This document shows, in pieces, positions 17,297-26,280 of a DNA stretch of 52,729 nucleotides. How positions within the stretch are numbered: position 1 is the stretch's first letter; every line of letters begins with the position of its first letter. The position numbers and the translations under genes are program-made. This DNA is from a virus. Lineage: Duplodnaviria > Caudoviricetes. The DNA is taken from positions 1 through 52,729 of the IMG/VR virus record IMGVR_UViG_3300010299_000005. The stretch is one strand, 5' to 3'. The notes beneath the pieces are model-generated. The model searched no databases, was not told the origin of the DNA, and saw nothing but the letters and a program-made list of their open reading frames with translations.

Positions 17297-17733
17297 TAAT
17301 ACATTTTACAGATTTTGCAAATGCAGAGAAATTAGCTAATCAATATGATGCTGTATTATCTCTTGGACATAAATTAAACTCGGTCTGCCTTAGTCGAAAT
17401 GTAAAATATAAGTTAGTCGATTTTGAAGATATAACTACAATTGATATTACCAATAATCCAGTTGGTACTCATATCGGTGGTCCAGAACTATCTCACATAC
17501 ACGAAATAATTAATTTTGTTAAGGGCATTAATAGAGGTGAAAGATTGCTCATACACTGTTTTGCAGGATATAGCAGATCACCTGCTGCAGCAATTATTGC
17601 TATGTGTGAATTAAACGGAGAGAGTATATGGAGTGCAACAAAAAAAGTAAGCACTCTTAGAGTGCCTGACACAATGTCAGTGGTGCCTAACGATTTAATG
17701 ATATCAATGTATGAACGAATCAAATCCAGATAA
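17284..17733 (+). CDS. Cys-dependent (PTP/dual-specificity-like) phosphatase
   Basis: HCFAGYSRS (CX5R), FEDI acid loop and PN..M. Confidence 0.88.
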   Translation: MQGIIIHFTDFANAEKLANQYDAVLSLGHKLNSVCLSRNVKYKLVDFEDITTIDITNNPVGTHIGGPELSHIHEIINFVKGINRGERLLIHCFAGYSRSPAAAIIAMCELNGESIWSATKKVSTLRVPDTMSVVPNDLMISMYERIKSR

Positions 17734-18199
17734 TAGTATTACAATAAAATGTTCATGTGGATCGGAGAGAATGTGTTTTTCTTATGACGATGAATTAAAC
17801 TTAGTTGATGTATCAATTCATACGTACTACGGCGAGACAGGAAAGTTAAATTTCTGGAAAAGAATAAAGTTTTGCATACGTACACTCCTTACAGGTAATG
17901 TATATGGAGATCAGCTTATTCTAGACGAGGATGGTATTAATTGTCTTTATAATTATTTAAAACAAAAAAGAGAAGCACCCACCACAACACATATGCCGCT
18001 CGAGCCGTTTATAAAAATTGCAAAGGGAATTCCACATAACTGGCCAGGTGAGTGTATTTTACGCTTCGATCAACGAAATGACGGTTCAATTTACTTGAGT
18101 TATTATGGCGTTAATGACGCTAGAGAAGGAATTACAATCAATCAGTGGCGCGCACTTCTCGATGTTTGTATTGAATTAAAACAAACAACCGATATATAG
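17711..18199 (+). CDS. hypothetical protein (CSC motif; possibly two fused small domains)
   Basis: ORF overlapping the phosphatase stop. Confidence 0.6.
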   Translation: MNESNPDNSITIKCSCGSERMCFSYDDELNLVDVSIHTYYGETGKLNFWKRIKFCIRTLLTGNVYGDQLILDEDGINCLYNYLKQKREAPTTTHMPLEPFIKIAKGIPHNWPGECILRFDQRNDGSIYLSYYGVNDAREGITINQWRALLDVCIELKQTTDI

Positions 18200-18238
18200 G
18201 TAGAGCGCACACACCTACATAATAAATAAGTAGGTAAT

Positions 18239-21148
18239 ATGTCTATACTGTTAGAGAGTCATACTAGAAAACGCGCTAGATTAGTAAGAGATGAACAATT
18301 TATTTCATTTTTTAATGCTGTTTCTCTTCGCGGTTTAACTGAAACTGAAACACCTGAAGCGTTTGTAGACGAGATAGCTGAAAAGTATGATCCAACATTT
18401 CTTGGAGCTAATTCTAATCAGGGATCTGATTTTATTGACTATATTATAGACAACTTACAAAACGGCATTATTAATTATAATGATGCTACCGCTCTTTTTT
18501 GTCAGCGTATTTTAAGGCATTATAGAGAATTGGTTACTAAGAATAAACTCACTAGTGAATTTATTAATAGATTTCGCAATATTACTGATTTGTCTGTTGA
18601 ACTAAAAAAGATATATAAAGAGAATAGTATTCTGTTAAAAGGGTCCGCGCATTTTAGAGCTCTATATAGTAAAATGCTTGAGTCTATGCAAGGAAGAGAT
18701 AATGTATCAATTGATTTCTTCTACAACGAAATTAAAAATAATTTTGATCCAACATCGGATGGAAGATACATGGGGTATATTGTTGATCAACTTGTTGATA
18801 AAGCAGATAGGCCCGCAGTTATTACATTGCAAGATGCTGAGTATGTAAAATTGCTTCTTAACGCGCATTTAACACAGGTAGAGAATAATAATAAAGATAT
18901 TAAGTATATTGATATTTTTAGATATAAAAAAATATTTCCAGATTTAGATAGAGAAATGAAGCAGTATCTGCCTAATTTTAATTTCGATAATAATAAGTGT
19001 CCAAATTTCGTTCAAACGCAGCAAAAATTTCTACCCGAACTAGGCGAGCCTATTTATCAAAATGTAAAGTTTCAATTTTATAAGATACCAAATAGAGCAG
19101 TGGCCGCTAAAGTAATTCCAAACCGTCGCAGATTTGATGAATGGATTCAAACACAACAATATAATGCTGGATATTGGTGCGTAGCGGATATGTATGATTA
19201 CTTTCCTACTTACATTGCTGTTGATGTGTATGGATTTTGTTCATACGCTATCGTACCTAAGTCTCGAGGTGGGTGGAGAGGTGAAATAAAAAATAGATTC
19301 AATTCGAAAGCAACATGTCTGACCATGAATAACAGTGATTATGACGCTCTGTATGATTTTTTTGTAAGCGACACAGTATCAGATGTTCTCGAACAATTTA
19401 AACACTGCTTTCAATTTACAGACGAGCCGTATTATGATGTGAGTAAATTTCTTGCGAGAGCACCTACGGTTGATGCAATGAATACATTGTTAGGAACTAA
19501 TGAAGAGACACTTTTTGATGTTATTTACAGATTCTTAAATGGATCCCCTAATACATATATAACGAAAATATTAGGAGCTGCACACACTCTTAAATCATTT
19601 GTTAGTGTTAATCCGCGAGGCTTTCCTCTTTTTAATTTTTTAAGAAATATCAACAGTCCAACTATTACAGTAGATTTATTGCGCGATACGCCTCTTGACC
19701 TTAAATATGCGGCAAGGTCTCAAGTAAAAGCAGTAAGTAGAAACCTTGCTAGTGTAATTAATAATTTTAAAGCCAACACCATTGAATCTTTTAATAGAAG
19801 ACCTGGCGATTACAAATACATAGTGGAATGTATATTAGGCAATCACGGTATTTCAGAAATACAAAGAAATAATCCTGCTTTAATTGAAAGTCTTGATACA
19901 CAGCTAAGCAAAAAAATTGCTGACGATACATTGCGTTTTGGTGGAGATTTGAAATATGTGTTCATAGAGCATACTCTAACAAATGAAACGGCAGTGTTAA
20001 AGAAGACACAGAAAGAATTAAAAAAATCAAGAGATTTTTATATTCGCACAGAAGCAATTGAAAGAGATATTGACTCGCAAATAGCAAATGATGTGCTGAT
20101 TCATATAGATGCTATCTCACAATATAACACGATGTTACACGTAGTTGAAAGTCTCTTTATACAAAAGTTAATCGATTCACAAATATCAGCAAATGCAAGA
20201 AATAATATTACCAAATATATTGCGGAACGCTTGAAGTGGATGATTTTAAATGAAAAAGATGTTAGAGGTTTTAACATTTCTTATACTATTAGCTCGTGGG
20301 CAGGTGCACATGAGGTTGAAGTAAAGGCAAAAATTTTAGGTATTTGTGCAAAAGGAATTCTCGAGAATCCTCGCCCATATTCAATTGCGAAGCGAAAAGG
20401 ATTTACCGTGATAAAAAAGGCGTTGTTTGTAGAGGAAGAGTATATTCAAAATATACGTAAAATAAACAATATATCTCCCGAAGCAGTATATTATGATGCT
20501 ACTGCAAATGTAAAAAGTCCAGCTCGTAGAGTTTATCCTGAATTGCTAAACTTTGTAGCTGCTAGTGATAACAGATTAACTAATGTTATTAGACATATAA
20601 AAAATTCATCAGATACTACCGAAACATCTGATAATCTTGTATCGACAATAGATGGATATACAGGTGAAAGTGAGCAACACAGAATTGGATTTACGCCTGA
20701 CTTAAAAATTAAGCTTAAAAGTGCACTTTTAAGTACAATATCCAAAACAAATATATCGGTGGAAAATTTAATATTAGCCACTGATGTAGATTATGGTGCT
20801 AAAATTAAATTTATAGAGCTTTATAATAAAATTATAAATGAATTAGAATTTAAGCCCGCGTATGCACTAGTGCAGCTAAGCAATGATGGACGAAGTATAA
20901 AAGAATCTCTTATAGTTGGCAAAATAAAAAATGATTCAACGATATGGATAAGCATGTTTAGTGATGAACCTATTAGACAATATAGAGATACTTACTATCG
21001 TACGTTTCCAACTGTAAATTCATTTTTGCTTAATTACGACATCAATACAAGCGTGCTCGAAAATAATAATTTATTTGATAACGTCAATACACGTAATGCA
21101 TTTAACAAATACTGCCTATACGTGGAAAAATTTAAAAATGATGATTGA
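18239..21148 (+). CDS. large hypothetical, probably virion-associated protein
   Basis: 969 aa; TAAATA box; two DPT-containing repeats and a YWCV motif. Confidence 0.8.
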   Translation: MSILLESHTRKRARLVRDEQFISFFNAVSLRGLTETETPEAFVDEIAEKYDPTFLGANSNQGSDFIDYIIDNLQNGIINYNDATALFCQRILRHYRELVTKNKLTSEFINRFRNITDLSVELKKIYKENSILLKGSAHFRALYSKMLESMQGRDNVSIDFFYNEIKNNFDPTSDGRYMGYIVDQLVDKADRPAVITLQDAEYVKLLLNAHLTQVENNNKDIKYIDIFRYKKIFPDLDREMKQYLPNFNFDNNKCPNFVQTQQKFLPELGEPIYQNVKFQFYKIPNRAVAAKVIPNRRRFDEWIQTQQYNAGYWCVADMYDYFPTYIAVDVYGFCSYAIVPKSRGGWRGEIKNRFNSKATCLTMNNSDYDALYDFFVSDTVSDVLEQFKHCFQFTDEPYYDVSKFLARAPTVDAMNTLLGTNEETLFDVIYRFLNGSPNTYITKILGAAHTLKSFVSVNPRGFPLFNFLRNINSPTITVDLLRDTPLDLKYAARSQVKAVSRNLASVINNFKANTIESFNRRPGDYKYIVECILGNHGISEIQRNNPALIESLDTQLSKKIADDTLRFGGDLKYVFIEHTLTNETAVLKKTQKELKKSRDFYIRTEAIERDIDSQIANDVLIHIDAISQYNTMLHVVESLFIQKLIDSQISANARNNITKYIAERLKWMILNEKDVRGFNISYTISSWAGAHEVEVKAKILGICAKGILENPRPYSIAKRKGFTVIKKALFVEEEYIQNIRKINNISPEAVYYDATANVKSPARRVYPELLNFVAASDNRLTNVIRHIKNSSDTTETSDNLVSTIDGYTGESEQHRIGFTPDLKIKLKSALLSTISKTNISVENLILATDVDYGAKIKFIELYNKIINELEFKPAYALVQLSNDGRSIKESLIVGKIKNDSTIWISMFSDEPIRQYRDTYYRTFPTVNSFLLNYDINTSVLENNNLFDNVNTRNAFNKYCLYVEKFKNDD

Positions 21149-21177
21149 ATTTTTAGAACCATATAATACATATTTGT

Positions 21178-22071
21178 ATGGTTTTAATTTTAGGTAGTAA
21201 TGGATATTGTGGTTCGTATTTTAAAAAATTACAAAACCATCCACAATATCCTTTAATAAAATGCTACGACGGTGAAACACTGAGATTTCCTATCGACGAA
21301 AAGAAATTTGCTACATATCTTCTTGAAAATAATATTACTCGTGTAATTAATTGTTTAGGTGTCACAGGCAAGCCTAATGTTGATGCTTGTGAAGAAGAAA
21401 ATAGCAAATTAAATGTTCTTCAAGGAAATGTACTCTTGGTGCAGCAACTCTGTAACGTCTGCATAAAGTATGGTGTAAAATTTGTACAAATTTCGTCTGG
21501 CTGCTTATATAGAGATTTAGGTTGTGAGTTAGGTGTTGATCCAATGATGGAGTTTACTGAAGAGGATGAACCTAATTTTTGTTTTGGTAAAAAAGCGTCG
21601 TGGTATAGTGGCACTAAAAAATTATGCGAAGATATCTTAAAACCACACTTTGATCAGATCCTCGTCGCCCGTCTCAGAATTCCGTTTGGTTCTGATCTCA
21701 GCGAGAAAAATTACATTAATAAAATTTTAAAGTATGATACTTTACTAAACGCAACAAATTCATTCTCAAACATTGAGGAGTTTGCACAAGCAGTATATTA
21801 TCTTTCAAAAGAGCATACCGGCATTTTTAATATTGTACAGCCAGGATATATGTCTACAAAACAGATAATTCATTTGATTAATCGAGAAAATTTCAATAAA
21901 AGTCCAAAATTTTTTAATAATATCGATGAATTTAATAAAACAGTTAAAGCTCCTAGATCAAATTGCGTATTATCACCCGCAAAAGCATTAAGAGCTGGAT
22001 GTAAACTAACACCCATTCAACAATCATTTGAACAAGCAATTCAACAAATAAAAAATGCAAAGAAAAATTAA
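21178..22071 (+). CDS. RmlD-family reductase of the bifunctional NRS/ER (3,5-epimerase/4-reductase) type
   Basis: GSNGYCG, GVTGKPNVDACE, SSGCLY, YSGTK, LRIPF and APRSNCVL. Confidence 0.8.
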   Translation: MVLILGSNGYCGSYFKKLQNHPQYPLIKCYDGETLRFPIDEKKFATYLLENNITRVINCLGVTGKPNVDACEEENSKLNVLQGNVLLVQQLCNVCIKYGVKFVQISSGCLYRDLGCELGVDPMMEFTEEDEPNFCFGKKASWYSGTKKLCEDILKPHFDQILVARLRIPFGSDLSEKNYINKILKYDTLLNATNSFSNIEEFAQAVYYLSKEHTGIFNIVQPGYMSTKQIIHLINRENFNKSPKFFNNIDEFNKTVKAPRSNCVLSPAKALRAGCKLTPIQQSFEQAIQQIKNAKKN

Positions 22072-23041
22072 AGCACTTCTCGTTACAGGTGGATTCGGTT
22101 TTATCGGATCACACTTTGTGAATATGATTAAAAACAAAGTCGACACAGTTGTTGTTGTTGACTCGCAAACTTATGCTGCAATTAATGCACCAAAACAAAT
22201 GCAGATAGATGATAGATGTATTATCGATAATGTGCATTATTTTAGAGGGTGTATCACAAACGAACTCTTTATTAAATTACTTTTCGAGCACTTTAAAATA
22301 GATGCTGTAGTTAATTTTGCAGCAGAGACACATGTAGATAATAGCATTGTATCACAAAACAGTTTTATCAATACCAATATAATTGGCGTTAATGCTCTTC
22401 TTAATGTTGTCAATAAATTGTGGAATAATAGTGATGAGAATATTTTTATTCAAATATCTACCGATGAAGTATATGGATCTTTAAAACCTTACGAGTATTC
22501 ATTTACTGAAAGATCTCCTTATAATCCCCGTAATCCATATTCTGCTAGCAAGGCGGGTGCAGATATGCTAGTCTCTTCATTTGTCAATACTTTTAAAACA
22601 CCGGCTATTATTACGCATTGCTGTAATAATTATGGCCCCGGTCAACATGAAGAAAAATTTATTCCAACGATTATACGTAAAATTAAAAACGGTGAAAAGG
22701 TTCCAGTTTATGGAAACGGAACCAATATTCGTGAGTGGATATTTGTAGAAGATCACTGCAGCGCAGTTGAAGCTTTATTATTTAATTGCTATAATTTTGG
22801 TGAGCACTATAATATTGGATCAGGTGTAGAGCTTTCTAATTTAGATCTTGTTGAGTGTGTGTGTGAGATTATGGGTGAGTGTGGTTATAATACTTCTGAT
22901 GTTATTGATTATGTAGATGATAGACTAGGTCATGATTTTCGCTATAGCATTAATTATGATAAGATTATAAGTGAGTACAAATGGACGCCTGTTAACGGCC
23001 TTCGTAAAGCTCTTAAACATACTGTGAAATCTTATCTATGA
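22055..23041 (+). CDS. rmlB: dTDP-glucose 4,6-dehydratase
   Basis: VTGGFGFIGS, FAAETHVDNSI, ISTDEVYG, YSASKA, NNYGP and DRLGHDFRY. Confidence 0.95.
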   Translation: MQRKIKALLVTGGFGFIGSHFVNMIKNKVDTVVVVDSQTYAAINAPKQMQIDDRCIIDNVHYFRGCITNELFIKLLFEHFKIDAVVNFAAETHVDNSIVSQNSFINTNIIGVNALLNVVNKLWNNSDENIFIQISTDEVYGSLKPYEYSFTERSPYNPRNPYSASKAGADMLVSSFVNTFKTPAIITHCCNNYGPGQHEEKFIPTIIRKIKNGEKVPVYGNGTNIREWIFVEDHCSAVEALLFNCYNFGEHYNIGSGVELSNLDLVECVCEIMGECGYNTSDVIDYVDDRLGHDFRYSINYDKIISEYKWTPVNGLRKALKHTVKSYL

Positions 23042-23763
23042 AAGGTATAATTTTATCGGGTGGTAATGGAACACGATTATACCCACTTACGCTTGCGATA
23101 AGCAAGCAGTTATTACCTGTATATAAATATCCAATGATATTTTATCCAATCCATACATTGATTAGTATGGGCATTAAGGATATTCTCATCATTGTAAAGG
23201 AGGAGCAATTACAGCTATATAAAAAAACAATATTAAAGTATTTCTCAAACATTAACATTACATTTGAAATACAAAATGAGCCGAAAGGTCTCGCTGAAGC
23301 GTTTATAATAGCAGAAAAGTGGTTAGACGGAGATGATGTGACAATGATATTAGGTGATAATGTTATCATTAATAGTATGCCTATTAAATCGGATCCAAAC
23401 ACAATTTTTACATTTAAAGTGCGCACACCCGAGCAGTACGGTGTCTGTACTGTTGATAAAAATGGTAATATAGATCAGATTATAGAAAAGCCTACCGATT
23501 TTGTTAGTGATGCAGCAGTAGTAGGTTTATATATTTTTAAAAATTATGCATGTAATCTTGCAAAACACATTAAGCCATCTGCTCGTGGAGAAGTTGAAAT
23601 AGTGGATTTGATAAAGGTGGTAGATAAAATAGAGCGTGTCAAAGTAGCTTCTTTGGATGGTTTTTGGTTTGATGCAGGAACACCAAGTGGTTTGCTTGAT
23701 TGTGCTAACGTTGTAAGATCAATTGAAGAGCGTAGCAATGTGAGGTTATTTGAAGGATTTTAA
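23038..23763 (+). CDS. rmlA: glucose-1-phosphate thymidylyltransferase (short)
   Basis: MKGIILSGGNGTRLYPLT..SKQLLPVY, GLAEAF, LGDN, EKP, PSARGE and WFDAGT. Confidence 0.95.
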   Translation: MKGIILSGGNGTRLYPLTLAISKQLLPVYKYPMIFYPIHTLISMGIKDILIIVKEEQLQLYKKTILKYFSNINITFEIQNEPKGLAEAFIIAEKWLDGDDVTMILGDNVIINSMPIKSDPNTIFTFKVRTPEQYGVCTVDKNGNIDQIIEKPTDFVSDAAVVGLYIFKNYACNLAKHIKPSARGEVEIVDLIKVVDKIERVKVASLDGFWFDAGTPSGLLDCANVVRSIEERSNVRLFEGF

Positions 23764-23764
23764 T

Positions 23765-23989
23765 ATGGAAAAAAAATGTAAGGTTACATATGATGATATA
23801 GAAATGTGGTCAGATGTGACGAGTAATAACGAAAAATTTATTAAAGCAAAAGAAATGTGTGAAAAGCACATGACTACTACGTTTAAATGCAAGCGTATCA
23901 ATAGAGAGATAATAGAAAAATTTCAAAAAAAATACATTGTAATTTGGAAAGATGATGATACATTTGAAATTGAACTAAATGATACTTGA
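23765..23989 (+). CDS. hypothetical protein
   Basis: Small ORF between rmlA and the PQ-loop gene. Confidence 0.55.
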   Translation: MEKKCKVTYDDIEMWSDVTSNNEKFIKAKEMCEKHMTTTFKCKRINREIIEKFQKKYIVIWKDDDTFEIELNDT

Positions 23990-24245
23990 AATAATTGGGT
24001 GGATCGGGTCTATGCTATTTGCTTTTTGTGCGTTGCCGCAGATGGTAATGACGATTAAAAATAATCACGCACGAGGACTAAGCTGGGGCTTTTTGGTTAT
24101 GTGGTTTTTAGGTGAAGTGCTTTGCTTTACTTATGTTGCATTTCAGCCAATATTACAAATACCCCTTCTCGCCAACTACGTGCTAAATTTTATAATGCTC
24201 GTCGTTATAATTTGGTATAAAGTTAGAGATGAATATTGCAACTAG
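23979..24245 (+). CDS. PQ-loop / SemiSWEET-like 3-TM membrane protein
   Basis: IGWIG...ALPQ...GLS...AN; three hydrophobic helices. Confidence 0.8.
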   Translation: MILEIIGWIGSMLFAFCALPQMVMTIKNNHARGLSWGFLVMWFLGEVLCFTYVAFQPILQIPLLANYVLNFIMLVVIIWYKVRDEYCN

Positions 24246-24268
24246 TCGTTATAGAATAAATACTATGA

Positions 24269-26056
24269 ATGATACTAGATGGCTACGACATTAATTGCTC
24301 GCTAACTAATAAGGGTGAAAATATAATTGAATGTGAATATATTGAAGAGATATTTTTCGATCTCTTCAATATACAAGTCAATGACAGCGTACAGCTTGTT
24401 AAAAAAGCGGAGCGCTATAGCAGTAACAGGCCAATTATAACAACAGATATTCGCATCGGCAATAAATTATATGAAGGTGTAGAGTTTAAATTAGTAAAGG
24501 GCAAAAAAGGTGCTGTATTTGTTAATCAAAACACACTCTATAGTGGCAAGCTTGTTGAAGAAGAAGGAGACAGTGAAGACGAGCAAACACTGTTTCTTGA
24601 AGAAGCGCTACGGGATCCCCCTGTTGAACAAGAAGTGTTAGTGGACAATGAGCTTCTTGAAAAGACACGCAAAGAATCAATTTTATATCGTGAAAATATA
24701 ATTAAAAAAGCGTTAAATGAAGTAAAAGAGCAATTAGAGGATAGGCACAAACAACAGCTCGAAGAAAAAATTCAATCTCTAGTTAGTGAAACACTACGTA
24801 TACATGACAATCTTATTAAAAGTAGTAATAATGAGAGGGAAGCGTTCAAACAAGAAATTAACACAACACTCAACGAGTGGCAAAAATCACTATCGTTAGA
24901 AGTATCCAATAAAATAGATAAATTGGTAATAGATGCACAGAATATTCTCATCAAAAATCAGGATGAAGCTATTACTGACAAATTTAAAGAAATTAATGAA
25001 TCTGTTTCTATTATTACAGATAATCACGGATTAAAAATAACTGAATTTCTCAATGAAAAACTTGAAAAAGCGATTGATGAGAAATGGACAGCTTTAACGA
25101 AAAAGGCGGGAAGTATAAACGATGTAGTAAAAAAACAATCGAACGAAATCTTTAAAGATCTCAAACAAAAAATTATTAGCGAACAAAAGCAGTCCTTTGA
25201 TAAACATACAGTAGAGATAGCAAAAAAACAACAACAGTGGTTTGAGGAAACTATAGAAACTCGTTTAGGTGAGGCGAGTAAAAAGATAGATGAATCAATT
25301 GAATATCACACTGTAAAGGTGGAAGACATATTATCTTCAAAAGCAACAGCACTCGAAAAAATAGTTGAGGAGAGGGTTGATAGTGCACTTCAAACAATTA
25401 CCAAGCAAGCTGAAGACAATCATAATAAACAGCTCGGTCTTGTTGAGGAAAATGTAGCGAAACTTTTACATATAAGCGACGACACAGATTCGAAAATTGA
25501 TGTAGTTGAAGAGAAGAGTAAGAATATTGTTCAGCAAGCGCTAAAAACGTACAAAGGACAAATTACTAATGAAATTAAAAATCAATTAACTCAAATTCAA
25601 CACGACATATACCGTAAATTTGCTATATATGTTGGTTCATTTGGTGGTGGCGGGGGTGGATCATATAGCCCAACAACAATTATACAAAGTGGTGGAAGCG
25701 CGCAAAGCAGCTTTACAATAACACAGACCACTCCAACACTACAATTAAATGACGCAGTGTATGTTGCTGCAGATGAAACTTTCGTTCCTGCTATTGCAAC
25801 AACACCATTGAGTGCAGATGTGATTGGTATCGTAACCGGTAAATCAGGAAACGATTACACTATTACTGTAAACGGTCTATTTGTACCGCCTTATTCACTT
25901 GAACCAGGATTCATTTACTTCTTAAGTGATACAGTTGCAGGTAGCGCGACGTTAGTTGAACCAGTTCAAGTTGGATATGTTTCTAAGCCACTCTTTACTG
26001 CTATTAATTCTGTAAGTGCAGTATTTACTAATATGCGCGGCATAGTGGTTGGGTAA
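24269..26056 (+). CDS. coiled-coil virion protein with Gly linker and C-terminal decoration/cement-like domain
   Basis: Long heptad region, GGGGGG, then AVYV...VIGIV...LEPGFIYFLS; TAAATA box. Confidence 0.7.
   Translation: MILDGYDINCSLTNKGENIIECEYIEEIFFDLFNIQVNDSVQLVKKAERYSSNRPIITTDIRIGNKLYEGVEFKLVKGKKGAVFVNQNTLYSGKLVEEEGDSEDEQTLFLEEALRDPPVEQEVLVDNELLEKTRKESILYRENIIKKALNEVKEQLEDRHKQQLEEKIQSLVSETLRIHDNLIKSSNNEREAFKQEINTTLNEWQKSLSLEVSNKIDKLVIDAQNILIKNQDEAITDKFKEINESVSIITDNHGLKITEFLNEKLEKAIDEKWTALTKKAGSINDVVKKQSNEIFKDLKQKIISEQKQSFDKHTVEIAKKQQQWFEETIETRLGEASKKIDESIEYHTVKVEDILSSKATALEKIVEERVDSALQTITKQAEDNHNKQLGLVEENVAKLLHISDDTDSKIDVVEEKSKNIVQQALKTYKGQITNEIKNQLTQIQHDIYRKFAIYVGSFGGGGGGSYSPTTIIQSGGSAQSSFTITQTTPTLQLNDAVYVAADETFVPAIATTPLSADVIGIVTGKSGNDYTITVNGLFVPPYSLEPGFIYFLSDTVAGSATLVEPVQVGYVSKPLFTAINSVSAVFTNMRGIVVG
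26011..26056 (+). repeat. 46-bp direct repeat, copy 1 (3' end of the 24269 gene)
   Basis: TGTAAGTGCAGTATTTACTAATATGCGCGGCATAGTGGTTGGGTAA. Confidence 0.95.
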
Positions 26057-26121
26057 GTATATTAATAGTGGCGTTGATTACCTGGCATATAAGACTCTAT
26101 TAAAATATTCTTCAAAAGTTA

Positions 26122-26149
26122 GCAATGCAAAATTTTCATTTTGCATTGC
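26122..26149. repeat. perfect 12-bp inverted repeat
   Basis: GCAATGCAAAAT-TTTC-ATTTTGCATTGC. Confidence 0.9.
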
Positions 26150-26280
26150 GTATGCGGTGATATTTTTAGGGTTAATAAGAACATCGATTTATTTGAAAAT
26201 TAGCAAATGTTAGTGCATCGGCAACAGAATAATGCAATTTTGCTGCAAAAGTGCAAAATTAAAATAAATACTTGTAAATT

